The position numbers and the translations under genes were made by a program. This document shows positions 16,253-25,176 of a stretch of DNA of 42,748 nt, in pieces; position 1 is the first letter of the stretch; every line of letters begins with the position of its first letter. The stretch lies in NCBI GenBank assembly GCA_013288575.1, contig JABDBO010000002.1, positions 8,037 through 50,784 of the forward strand. Reading direction: 5' to 3'. The notes beneath the pieces are model-generated. The model was not told where the DNA came from and made no database searches. It saw only the letters and a program-made list of their open reading frames with translations. Origin of the DNA: Alphaproteobacteria bacterium (lineage in GTDB: Bacteria; Pseudomonadota; Alphaproteobacteria; Rickettsiales; 21-14-0-20-44-7).

Positions 16253-17790
16253 TAATTTTGAAAAGAAAATCACTGAAAGGACGATTGTTGCTTATAATTC
16301 TCTCTATAAGCGCAATTTGCGTTATTCTCACAACTTTGGCGATAACTGGCTATGGAATTGTCAACATGCGCCAGAAGATGGCCTCTGACTTAGACCTCTC
16401 TACAAAAATTCGCGGCACCGGTTTGGCAGGTTATGTAGATTTCGCGCAAAGTGGCGATATTGAGAAAATCAACGCGATTCTTCCTGCCTCAAGTTCCAAA
16501 GATGAAATTATCGCCTGCGTTTACAAATCACCAAAAGATGGATTAACGCCTGATTATTTAATGGCGCATCACGAATCAGATAAAAAAGAAACTTGCCCAA
16601 CCCTGCAAGAAGTTGTTGCTCAGCAAGGTGCTAACCAACTTGGTAATACATTCTTTGATGATAACCACCTAAAATCATATAAGCCAATCCTTGCCCAGAA
16701 TGGCGATAGGGTAGGTTACATATATGTTGAGAATGACCTCCAACAGATCCACGAATTCTTCCGAATTCAATTATTGGTCGCATCATTAATCGCCATTGCG
16801 GTTATTACAATTTCATATTTCCTCGCGCAAATGCTCCAGCGTTCTATTTCGGAGCCAATCCAACGCCTTGTGAATACTACTCATAAAGTTTCTGCCGAAC
16901 GTGATTATTCAATTCGTGCCGAAAACTTCCTTTCTGGCGAAGATATTAAGCGCAATGAAATAAGTATTTTGATCGACGCCTTTAACAACATGTTAAATGA
17001 GGTTGAAGACCGCCGCCAACTCTTGCTTCGTAAAAACCAAGAACTCGTTCAATCAAAAGAATTGGCGGAAAGTGCCAACCGAGCCAAGTCGCAATTTCTC
17101 GCTAATATTTCGCACGAACTTCGCACGCCATTAAATGCCATTATCGGCTTTTCTGATATTATTCAGAAAGAGCTTCTTGGCCCAATTGAAAACACCAAAT
17201 ATGTTGAATATTCCAAAGATATCAATGAATCCGGCGAGCATCTGCTTCACATTATCAATGATATCTTGGATCTTTCCAAAGCAGAGGCCGGCAAATTAGA
17301 GCCGGTTTTACGCGAAATTAGCATTAAGAAAAGTGTTCAGGAATGCGTTGTGTTTATTGCCAAGCGCGCCGAAGAAAGCGGAATTGCCGTCCAAATTGAT
17401 GTTCCCGAAGAATTGCCAAATCTCGTGGTTGACCGCACCATGTTTAAACGCATCATGCTAAATCTCCTTTCCAACTCGGTGAAATTCACCAATCGTGGTG
17501 GTAAAATCCGCATTAGCGCGTCAGTTCGCCTCAATACCCGCAACGAAAACGTATTTAGCATTACGGTTGAAGATAGCGGTATCGGCATGAGCAAAAACGA
17601 TATTGATCTTGCATTCAAGAGCTTTGTCCAGCTTGATGGCGGCTTTAACCGCAAATATGAAGGCACGGGTCTTGGTCTACCACTTACCAAAAAACTGGTT
17701 GAATTGCATGGCGGCAGCATCGAAATGATGAGCGAAGTCGGCAAAGGAACTAAGGTAATGCTAAAATTCTATTGCCCGTCTTCTAAATAG
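16249..17790 (+). CDS. Membrane sensor histidine kinase (periplasmic sensor, HAMP-like linker, HisKA, HATPase_c); no receiver domain
   Basis: GTG start overlaps the upstream stop (GTGA). Two TM segments flank a periplasmic region of about 150 aa. H-box FLANISHELRTPLNAIIGFSD. G-boxes EDSGIGM and GTGLGLPLTKKLVELHGG. Confidence 0.85.
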   Translation: MIILKRKSLKGRLLLIILSISAICVILTTLAITGYGIVNMRQKMASDLDLSTKIRGTGLAGYVDFAQSGDIEKINAILPASSSKDEIIACVYKSPKDGLTPDYLMAHHESDKKETCPTLQEVVAQQGANQLGNTFFDDNHLKSYKPILAQNGDRVGYIYVENDLQQIHEFFRIQLLVASLIAIAVITISYFLAQMLQRSISEPIQRLVNTTHKVSAERDYSIRAENFLSGEDIKRNEISILIDAFNNMLNEVEDRRQLLLRKNQELVQSKELAESANRAKSQFLANISHELRTPLNAIIGFSDIIQKELLGPIENTKYVEYSKDINESGEHLLHIINDILDLSKAEAGKLEPVLREISIKKSVQECVVFIAKRAEESGIAVQIDVPEELPNLVVDRTMFKRIMLNLLSNSVKFTNRGGKIRISASVRLNTRNENVFSITVEDSGIGMSKNDIDLAFKSFVQLDGGFNRKYEGTGLGLPLTKKLVELHGGSIEMMSEVGKGTKVMLKFYCPSSK

Positions 17791-17865
17791 CTGGATTATT
17801 CCTGATATTTTTTGTAATAAAACTTTCATTTCCTAGACTTGCAGTTTTTTGCTAAAAATAACTAT

Positions 17866-18525
17866 ATGCCACGCAATATTAGAATAACGCTTCTGAGCAC
17901 AGCTGTTTTAGCTTTGGCTATAACATCGGTAGCCCATGCAAGTGAAATGGATGATATCTCGCAAAAGCTTAAAAGCGGTGATTATTCCGTTGTTAAAACC
18001 CAGCTTATTCCGTTGGCCGAATCTGGCGATGCGCGTGCGCAATTTAACCTTGGCGTTTCATATAATTACGGCAACGGCGTTGAGAAAGATGTTGGCAAAG
18101 CTTTTGAGTGGACAAAAAAATCAGCACAAAACGGTGATGTGCATGGGCAGGTGAACCTGGCCAATATGTATATGCAGGGGCAGGGCACTGATAAAAGCAT
18201 TCCCGAAGCAATTAATTGGTATGAAAAAGCCGCCACGCAAGATGATATCCATGCAGAAGTTGTGCTCGGTAAAATTTATCGCGATGGCCTTACTGGCAAA
18301 GTGGATTATTCAAAATCATTCCAATATTTCTCAAAAGCGGCAGAACATGGTGATCATGAAGCGGAATTTAACCTAGCAGGTTTTTATCATTATGGTTTCG
18401 GCGTTCAGAAAGATGAGGAAAGGGCAAAATCTCTTCTTGCTGAGGCAAATAGTGGGCAATCTAATAACCAGCCAAACAAGCCGCACGCAACTCTTGCTGC
18501 TTATTCAAATAACCAAGATCAATAA
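17866..18525 (+). CDS. Secreted Sel1 (SLR/TPR-like) repeat protein
   Basis: Signal peptide ..SVAHA. Repeated A.W..KAA.QGD..AQ.NLG.MY..G.G motifs (about 4 repeats). ATG at 17866 is preferred over the TTG at 17839. Confidence 0.75.
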   Translation: MPRNIRITLLSTAVLALAITSVAHASEMDDISQKLKSGDYSVVKTQLIPLAESGDARAQFNLGVSYNYGNGVEKDVGKAFEWTKKSAQNGDVHGQVNLANMYMQGQGTDKSIPEAINWYEKAATQDDIHAEVVLGKIYRDGLTGKVDYSKSFQYFSKAAEHGDHEAEFNLAGFYHYGFGVQKDEERAKSLLAEANSGQSNNQPNKPHATLAAYSNNQDQ

Positions 18526-18531
18526 ATTTAA

Positions 18532-19467
18532 TTATTCTTCCAGTAATTTTGGAACATTGCGCTGAAAACGCGCCAGATATTTTGGCACCACGCTATCAAT
18601 AGCAGTTGGCTGAATTTCTAATTCGCTCAAAGTTTTTGTGCGCGAAGTCACGATGTTATCGTGCTTTAAAAGTTTCACCTGATCAGCGGTCAGAATAAAA
18701 TTTGGTGAAAAGAGTGCACCAAAGCGGGCGGCTGTGAATGGCAAATTCAACAGCAGGCGTTTTCTGCCAGTATATTCCAATACGCGTTGTAAAATTTCTT
18801 TAAATGTCAGAACTTCTGGCCCACCGAGCTGATAAGCTCCCGCTTTAAATTCTTCATCAACAACCTTTTTAACTGCTGTGCCGATATCGCCAACATAAAC
18901 TGGTTGCATTTTGGTTTTGCCGCCACCAATCAACGGCAAAAACGGTACTAAACTGCTAAGTCTAGCAAAGAAATTGAAGAAGTTATCTTCCGGCCCAAAC
19001 ACTACGCTCGGCTTCATTATATAAGCCTCAGGGAAGGCGGCCATTACAGCTTTTTCGCCATTTATTTTACTTTTCGCATATTTTGATTTTGATTCCGGAT
19101 CAACGATTGCTGAAATATGTACGAACTTTTTGACATCCATTTCTTTGGCGGCTTTTGCCAAACGTTCTGCCCCTTGGGCATGCAAAGCATCAAATTTTTG
19201 GCGGCCAGATTGATATAAAACACCAACCAAATTCACCACTGCATAAGAACCTTCAACCAGTTCTGCCAATCTCTCAGAATCGCGCAAATTGCCTTTAACT
19301 GGCACAATTTGGCCTACAAAACCTTCAGGGCGTAAAACTTTTGCATCTTCCGGGTTACGGCTAACAACCTTAATTGTATAACCTGCCAGCGCCAGCTCGC
19401 GCACGACATATTTGCCAATAAACCCAGAGCCGCCAAAGACGGTAACAATTTTTCCGTTTAAAATCAT
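18532..19467 (-). CDS. NAD(P)-binding SDR, complex I NDUFA9-subunit-like family
   Basis: Rossmann motif TVFGGSGFIGKYVVREL. 311 aa. The overall pattern is typical of the alphaproteobacterial NDUFA9-like protein. Confidence 0.7.
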   Translation of the reverse strand: MILNGKIVTVFGGSGFIGKYVVRELALAGYTIKVVSRNPEDAKVLRPEGFVGQIVPVKGNLRDSERLAELVEGSYAVVNLVGVLYQSGRQKFDALHAQGAERLAKAAKEMDVKKFVHISAIVDPESKSKYAKSKINGEKAVMAAFPEAYIMKPSVVFGPEDNFFNFFARLSSLVPFLPLIGGGKTKMQPVYVGDIGTAVKKVVDEEFKAGAYQLGGPEVLTFKEILQRVLEYTGRKRLLLNLPFTAARFGALFSPNFILTADQVKLLKHDNIVTSRTKTLSELEIQPTAIDSVVPKYLARFQRNVPKLLEE

Positions 19468-19547
19468 AGAGTCAGTTTATTTAAAATTCGGCCAGTAGCA
19501 AGAGGTTTTAGCCCCATATTTCAGGCAAATGTCATATTGAGGTAACA

Positions 19548-20666
19548 TTGGCATGCTATACAACACTAATGGCAGATAGCGCTGAACCGCAAGCAAACTC
19601 ACCAGAAATCAAGGTTGAAGTGGTGCGCAATGGTCTGTTCACTTCCTTTCTAAAAAGCGCCGAATCTTACTCAACTCAACTAGTTGCCCAGAGCGAAAAA
19701 TTCATCTCTGCCAGCCAGGCAAAATTTGGCGAAGTTATCGCTCCTACTGGCGGCGACCGCAATGCAAAAATGGGCCGTGGTGTTACAGGGACGGTTATTG
19801 CTGCTGCATCAATCACAGTGCTTGGCGCCGAAAGCCTGCAAGATTTCCAAAAAGGCGATAAAGCCGCCGGTGCCAGCAAGCTTGGTCAAATCGGCCTTAT
19901 TACAATGGGAGCTTTCAAATCTACCCGCGAAGCAGTAGTTGAACAATTCGCCAAACTTCCGGGAGTAAAAACAGTCGCCGGTAACATTGGCGAAAAAATT
20001 ATTGAGTTAACACCAAGCTTTGGTGAGGCTGCGGCAAAAGCCAGCAAACTCCCGGTAATAAAACAAGTCGCAGAAAAGCTGGCGGAAACAGGTTTAAAAC
20101 TTTCACCGCGCATGGCCGGCAAAGCAGTGCCGGTATTAGGTGCCGTAGTTGAAGAATGCTATGGACTCTATGGTCTTGGCAAAGGGCTTTGGGAAGGAGA
20201 TCCTAAACGCGGCATCGGTAATTTTGTCGTTGCCCAAGGCGGCGCAATTGGCGCATTAGTTCCATATCCCGGCGCATCCTTCATTGCCTCCGAGGCATTA
20301 TCAGAAGGTGCCTCGCGCCTGTATAACCATTTTTTCTATAAAGATAGACCGGAGGGTGAGCAAATTCGCGGTGCAACAACCGTTACGCTTTACCACGGTA
20401 TAATGGATATTATACATACGGCCAAAACTGAGCCACCAACTCAAAATTGTCCGGATATTAAACCATCAGAAAAAACAGAATTCAGAAATGCTCCTGTTGA
20501 GCTGCCAGAATCTCCAGATTTATGCAAATCCATAAATCTGAATGATGATTTGAGCAAGAAGCTAAAAATTTCCTTAGGTAATTATGATCCGAATAATGTC
20601 GATACAATCAAATTCCCTGCATCCGAGGTGCAGAATATAAAACCAGCCACGCCGCAATTTAGATAG
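19548..20666 (+). CDS. Hypothetical 372-aa protein with Gly/Ala-rich amphipathic and hydrophobic segments
   Basis: TTG start with GAGG 6 nt upstream (an ATG alternative lies at 19569). No signal peptide. Segments VPVLGAVVEECYGLYGLGKGLW and GNFVVAQGGAIGALVPYPGASFIA. No family recognised. Confidence 0.5.
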   Translation: MACYTTLMADSAEPQANSPEIKVEVVRNGLFTSFLKSAESYSTQLVAQSEKFISASQAKFGEVIAPTGGDRNAKMGRGVTGTVIAAASITVLGAESLQDFQKGDKAAGASKLGQIGLITMGAFKSTREAVVEQFAKLPGVKTVAGNIGEKIIELTPSFGEAAAKASKLPVIKQVAEKLAETGLKLSPRMAGKAVPVLGAVVEECYGLYGLGKGLWEGDPKRGIGNFVVAQGGAIGALVPYPGASFIASEALSEGASRLYNHFFYKDRPEGEQIRGATTVTLYHGIMDIIHTAKTEPPTQNCPDIKPSEKTEFRNAPVELPESPDLCKSINLNDDLSKKLKISLGNYDPNNVDTIKFPASEVQNIKPATPQFR

Positions 20667-20699
20667 CTATTTCAACTTCTCCAAAACAATTGAGTTATT

Positions 20700-20972
20700 C
20701 TACTTACTACAAGCATTAATATTTTCACCAGAAAGCAAACTTACAGGAATTACACCGGCTGAGTAATACCTACATCTTTTTCCGCAAACATTTAAATCTA
20801 TATATTCTTGTCTGCCTTTACTCGTCCTTTCTATAAAGGAAACTTTCTCCAAAGGGCAGGAGTTTTTCTCAGATGCGTAACTGGAAACGCGTGAAATTTC
20901 GGTGGCGGCCATTAAAATTATATATGTCGCCGCAATGGCAAACAGAACAAGCGTAGATAGCTTTAAGCTCAT
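20700..20972 (-). CDS. Small secreted or membrane-anchored Cys-containing hypothetical protein
   Basis: 90 aa with N-terminal hydrophobic segment [19 protein letters not shown] and 4 Cys in the mature part. Its ATG overlaps the purA stop (ATGA). Confidence 0.45.
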   Translation of the reverse strand: MSLKLSTLVLFAIAATYIILMAATEISRVSSYASEKNSCPLEKVSFIERTSKGRQEYIDLNVCGKRCRYYSAGVIPVSLLSGENINACSK

Positions 20973-22249
20973 AGCTTGTTATCAAGAATAATAGAGTCAT
21001 CCCGTTCCGGACTGGTAGAGATAAGCGCGATTTTCACACCGACCAATTCTTCTAACCGTTTTACATATTTCTGCGCATTCACCGGCAGATCATCAAATTT
21101 CCGCACGCCAGCGGTAGTGGATTTCCATCCCGCAATTTCTTCATAAATCGGTTTAATGCGAGTTTGCGCTTGCGGGCAGGCAGGGAAATAATCAAACTTT
21201 TTGCCATCCAACTCATAACCGACGCAAATTTTCAATGAATCCAATTCTTCCAAAACATCGAGTTTCATCAGCGCAATGCCATCAATGCCATTCAGCTTGC
21301 AAGCCTGGCGCACCAGCACTGCATCAAACCATCCACAACGGCGAATGCGCGAAGTGACCGTACCAAACTCGTGGCCTTTCTTTTGAATGTGTTGACCAAT
21401 TTCATTTTCCAATTCTGTTGGAAACGGTCCACTGCCAACCCGTGTTGTATAAGCTTTAGTGATGCCGAGTTTATAACTTTTTGTATATCCCAATCCACAG
21501 CCAGCCTGCGCCTGTGCAGCAATTGTGTTTGATGATGTTACAAACGGATAAGTTCCATGGTCAACATCAAGCAGCGTGCCTTGCGCGCCTTCGAACAAAA
21601 TCTTTTTGCCGGCTGTTTGCAATTTATCCAGCTCATACCAAACTGGTTTGATAAATGGCGTAATTTTTGGCGCAAGATCAGTCAAAAACTTTAAGACATC
21701 ATTCAATTTAATTTCCGGTTGGCCAAGTCCGCGGCGGAGCGCATTGTGATAAACGAGCAAATTCTCTAAACGCTCTTTCAAATATTCTGGGTTTTTCAAA
21801 TCAGAAACACGAATCGCCCGGCGCGCAACTTTATCTTCATAAGCCGGCCCAATGCCGCGGCCAGTCGTGCCAATTTTATTTACACCTTTAGCTTCTTCCA
21901 ACGCCCGATCCAGCTCAGAATGCAGCGGCAGAATCAAACAGCAATTATCCGCAATATACAAATTATCTGGATTAATTTTTATACCTTTCTCAGCAAGCTG
22001 ACCCATCTCTTTAATCAAGTGCTCAGGGTCAATCACCACACCATTGCCGATAACCGAAATCTTCCCTGGCCGCACAATTCCGCTTGGCAGCAGGCTCAAT
22101 TTATAAACTACACCATTAATAACCAGCGTATGCCCGGCATTATGCCCGCCCTGGAATCGAACGATAACATCAGCAGATTCGGCCAGCAAATCAACCACTT
22201 TGCCTTTGCCTTCATCTCCCCATTGTGTGCCGATAATTGTTATATTCAT
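20969..22249 (-). CDS. purA: Adenylosuccinate synthetase
   Basis: [12 protein letters not shown]-loop and GGHNAGHT. 426 aa, full length. Confidence 0.9.
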   Translation of the reverse strand: MNITIIGTQWGDEGKGKVVDLLAESADVIVRFQGGHNAGHTLVINGVVYKLSLLPSGIVRPGKISVIGNGVVIDPEHLIKEMGQLAEKGIKINPDNLYIADNCCLILPLHSELDRALEEAKGVNKIGTTGRGIGPAYEDKVARRAIRVSDLKNPEYLKERLENLLVYHNALRRGLGQPEIKLNDVLKFLTDLAPKITPFIKPVWYELDKLQTAGKKILFEGAQGTLLDVDHGTYPFVTSSNTIAAQAQAGCGLGYTKSYKLGITKAYTTRVGSGPFPTELENEIGQHIQKKGHEFGTVTSRIRRCGWFDAVLVRQACKLNGIDGIALMKLDVLEELDSLKICVGYELDGKKFDYFPACPQAQTRIKPIYEEIAGWKSTTAGVRKFDDLPVNAQKYVKRLEELVGVKIALISTSPERDDSIILDNKL

Positions 22250-22265
22250 TTCGTAAAAAATCTCA

Positions 22266-22303
22266 TAAAAAAACGGCGCTCAAAAAAGGTGGTTGGCACC
22301 GTC
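22266..22303 (-). terminator. Candidate rho-independent terminator downstream of the small secreted-protein pair
   Basis: On the minus strand, ACGGTGC-N17-GCGCCGT (7 bp stem with one G-U pair) is followed by TTTTTTT. The loop is long, so confidence is only moderate. Confidence 0.4.
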
Positions 22304-22360
22304 GGTTAATAAAGAAATGCCATATTCATGCCCGGTTGGCAAGAGTTTTTAGTGTTTATG

Positions 22361-22657
22361 TTAGTCTGAATTAAGCCGGTTTTTCAGACAATCATAATAA
22401 TCATCCTGTTGGGCGGCATTGCTGCGGCCTTTTTCGTCAACTTGTGCCTTAGCCTGGCAATCTAGTGATTTCTGGTAATTTGGCGAATTTCCGCCGCTGG
22501 AAGGCGCGTTGCTGCGCTCCAAATTGTCCGAATTTGTCGCGGGCTGGGCTTGCGAGTTATCATATTGATAATTTGGATCATTATAATCTGCCGCAACTGC
22601 TGGCCAGGCAAAAGAAACAAAAGCAATAAAAACAAAAATTTTTATGAGGTTGTTCAC
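22361..22657 (-). CDS. Small secreted protein, paralog B (C-terminal C-x22-YYDCLKNRL)
   Basis: Signal peptide ..FAWPAVAA. Low-complexity N/Q/S middle. The C-terminal motif is shared with the adjacent ORF. Confidence 0.55.
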   Translation of the reverse strand: MNNLIKIFVFIAFVSFAWPAVAADYNDPNYQYDNSQAQPATNSDNLERSNAPSSGGNSPNYQKSLDCQAKAQVDEKGRSNAAQQDDYYDCLKNRLNSD

Positions 22658-22660
22658 GCT

Positions 22661-22975
22661 CTAGTTCATATCTAATTTATTCTGCAGGCAATCATAATAA
22701 ATACCTTGCGATGCAGCTGCAGTTGAACCGTTTCCTATAGCTTTATCAGCTTCACTACGGCAGGCAAGAGCAATAGATTTGGCAGAAGCTGGCGAATCTG
22801 CGGTGGTTAAATCCTTAGCTTGTGAAACTACTGAACTAGGTATGATATGCGTGTAAATTTTACCGCTGGTAGGGGTAAGTGAATCAAGCTTTGCTATTTG
22901 CGTATTGCCACTAGCTAACACAGTAGCTGAATAGCCAATCGCTACAATTATAACCAAAGCTATGAGAAATTTCAT
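22661..22975 (-). CDS. Small secreted protein, paralog A (C-terminal C-x23-YYDCLQNKL)
   Basis: Signal peptide ..ATVLAS. The C-terminal motif is shared with the ORF 3 nt downstream. Confidence 0.55.
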   Translation of the reverse strand: MKFLIALVIIVAIGYSATVLASGNTQIAKLDSLTPTSGKIYTHIIPSSVVSQAKDLTTADSPASAKSIALACRSEADKAIGNGSTAAASQGIYYDCLQNKLDMN

Positions 22976-23054
22976 ATGCTTAACCCCAAAATTTGCCTGG
23001 CAACCTTATAGCATATTCTGTGCTAAAATTCAACTTTAAACATCCAGATTAATG

Positions 23055-23078
23055 AAAAAGCTGCCAAATGGCAGCTTT
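23055..23078 (-). terminator. Rho-independent terminator of tRNA-Gly
   Basis: On the minus strand, AAAGCTGCC-ATTT-GGCAGCTTT is followed by a T run (the stem plus tail reads GGCAGCTTTTT). It starts 12 nt after the tRNA 3' end. Confidence 0.65.
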
Positions 23079-23090
23079 GCATTGAAAAAC

Positions 23091-23165
<75 letters not shown>

Positions 23166-23341
23166 ATCCTATTTAAACGCTGCTTTTGACAGCAGGACCC
23201 GGATATTATGAAAAACCGCAAACAATGCAAGCGGAATTTTTATTGGAGTATATTTTTCTATAAATAAGGTGCGAGGCAGGAGCCGAGCGAGCCTTCAGCA
23301 ATGCCCATCGGAGGGCCAGAAGGCCCGCATGGGGGCGATTA

Positions 23342-24832
23342 TTATTTCCGCTTCTTTATCACCTTTTCTGGGATGTCATCAGCCTGCGATGGGCCTTCCA
23401 CAGTAAGTTTGCTCTTAAATTGCCCATAGCTCAAATAAATCACCAATCCTGCGATAAAGTAATATTTCAAATTCCAGATCGTTTCATAAATACCTGAAAT
23501 CAAATAAAGGCATGAAGCAATTCCTAAATAAGGCACCACCGGATACAACGGCACTTTGAACGGGCGTTTTACATGCGGTTCTTTCCAGCGCAAATACATC
23601 ACGCTAAAACATATGATCGAAAACGCCAGTAAGGTTCCAACGCTCACCACATGGCTTAAATCACTAAGCGGCAACATTCCCGCTGCAAATGCCACAATCA
23701 GCCCAACGATAATCGTATTAATATAAGGCGTCTGCAATTTCGGATGCACTTTGCAGAAAAGGCTAGGGATTAGCCCATCGCGCGACATCGCAAAAAATAT
23801 CCGCGTCTGCCCATAAACCAATACCAGCATTACTGATGACAACCCCATGATCGCGCCAATTTTCACCATGATCGAAAACCACGGCAGGCCGATATGGTCA
23901 ACTGCTACCGCAATCGGATCTGGCACATTTAAGTCTTTATATGACATGATTCCGGTCAAAACTAGCGAGACTAATATATACAAAATCGTACAAATTGTGA
24001 GCGAACCCAAAATCCCAATTGGAATATCTTTTTGTGGTGATTTTGATTCCTGCGCAGCAGTTGAAACCGCCTCAAACCCAATATAGGCAAAGAATATAAC
24101 CCCGGCCGCTTTCAACACGCCGCTATAACCATATTCACCATCCGTGCCAGTATTATCCGGAATAAACGGATGCCAGTTTGACGGATGCACATAAAACGCG
24201 CCAATTCCAATGAACGAAAGAATCACCGCCAATTTTATGAACACGATAAAATTATTTACATTGGCTGATTCCTTCACACCTTTCACTAATAATGCCGAAA
24301 CCGCCAAAACTCCAAGTGCCGCTGGAACATTGAAAATTCCAGTCACCGTTGTTCCATCAACCAGTTTTATAATTTCGCCATGCGCTTTCGTATATTCTGG
24401 CGGAATTGTAACGCCGATATTATGCAAAAAACTCACCACATAACCTGACCAGCCAACCGCAACCGTCGAAGATGCCGCGCCATATTCCAAAATCAATAGC
24501 CAGCCCATGATCCATGCAAAAATCTCACCCAGTGATGCGTAGGCATATGTATATGCACTGCCCGAAACCGGTAGGACAGAAGCCAGTTCCGCATAACAAA
24601 GAGCGGCAAAACATGAGGCCAAACCTGCAAAGATAAATGAAATAACGATTGCTGGGCCGGCGTGAATGGCGGCTTCCTGGCCAGTCAGCACGAAAATCCC
24701 CGTGCCGATGATACAGCCAATACCTAAGCTAATTAAGTTCCACGGGCCTAATGTGCGCTTTAAAACGCCGGAATTTGATTCATTTTCAATAGAAACAATA
24801 GTCTTTTTTTGGAAAAAGCGGTGGAATTTCAT
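23342..24832 (-). CDS. APC-superfamily amino acid permease
   Basis: 496 aa with about 12 or more hydrophobic helices. N-terminal LKRTLGPWNLISLGIGCIIGTGIFVLTG is the amino-acid permease signature region. Confidence 0.8.
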   Translation of the reverse strand: MKFHRFFQKKTIVSIENESNSGVLKRTLGPWNLISLGIGCIIGTGIFVLTGQEAAIHAGPAIVISFIFAGLASCFAALCYAELASVLPVSGSAYTYAYASLGEIFAWIMGWLLILEYGAASSTVAVGWSGYVVSFLHNIGVTIPPEYTKAHGEIIKLVDGTTVTGIFNVPAALGVLAVSALLVKGVKESANVNNFIVFIKLAVILSFIGIGAFYVHPSNWHPFIPDNTGTDGEYGYSGVLKAAGVIFFAYIGFEAVSTAAQESKSPQKDIPIGILGSLTICTILYILVSLVLTGIMSYKDLNVPDPIAVAVDHIGLPWFSIMVKIGAIMGLSSVMLVLVYGQTRIFFAMSRDGLIPSLFCKVHPKLQTPYINTIIVGLIVAFAAGMLPLSDLSHVVSVGTLLAFSIICFSVMYLRWKEPHVKRPFKVPLYPVVPYLGIASCLYLISGIYETIWNLKYYFIAGLVIYLSYGQFKSKLTVEGPSQADDIPEKVIKKRK

Positions 24833-25005
24833 TATTTTACAACCCGTTAGCAGTTAATAGAACTGAATTATCTCGGAACGAACAACTTTCATAGCCGAAA
24901 CAGCTCTATAATGCAAACCCGGGATAAATTCGCCATTACTGGATAATAAAAAATAATATTATTTGCATTTTTATAAATTATTTTTCTGTCCGTAAAGCGG
25001 CAAAA

Positions 25006-25160
25006 TTAACCATTTTTCACAATTATATATGAAATACAAAAGGTTAATCGGTTAATTTGCATTACTAGATTTTAGCGAATTGGTTAAAACTTTAAGTAAA
25101 TATTGCCAAACCTTAAACGTAAATAAGGAAATAACTAATACAATTTAACTTAAGGGTTAA
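25006..25160. repeat. Five copies of the hexamer GGTTAA (one inverted) in an AT-rich 344-bp divergent intergenic region
   Basis: TTAACC at 25006-25011; GGTTAAT at 25042-25048 and 25050-25056; GGTTAA at 25082-25087 and 25155-25160. Confidence 0.3.
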
Positions 25161-25176
25161 CTGATCACTTAGGGGA

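Noticed and set aside
17337-17744. 135-aa minus-strand ORF
   Set aside because: It is antisense to the HATPase_c region of the histidine kinase, so it is a shadow ORF.
25145-25161. CtrA-box-like TTAA-N8-TTAAC upstream of the LapG-like gene
   Set aside because: The established CtrA consensus is TTAA-N7-TTAAC, so the spacing here is off by one. TTAA is also frequent in this AT-rich spacer.
24833-25176. Riboswitch or leader RNA for the amino-acid permease
   Set aside because: Reading the minus strand, I could not recognise any known riboswitch core (glycine, lysine, SAM, T-box). Only a covariance-model scan could decide.
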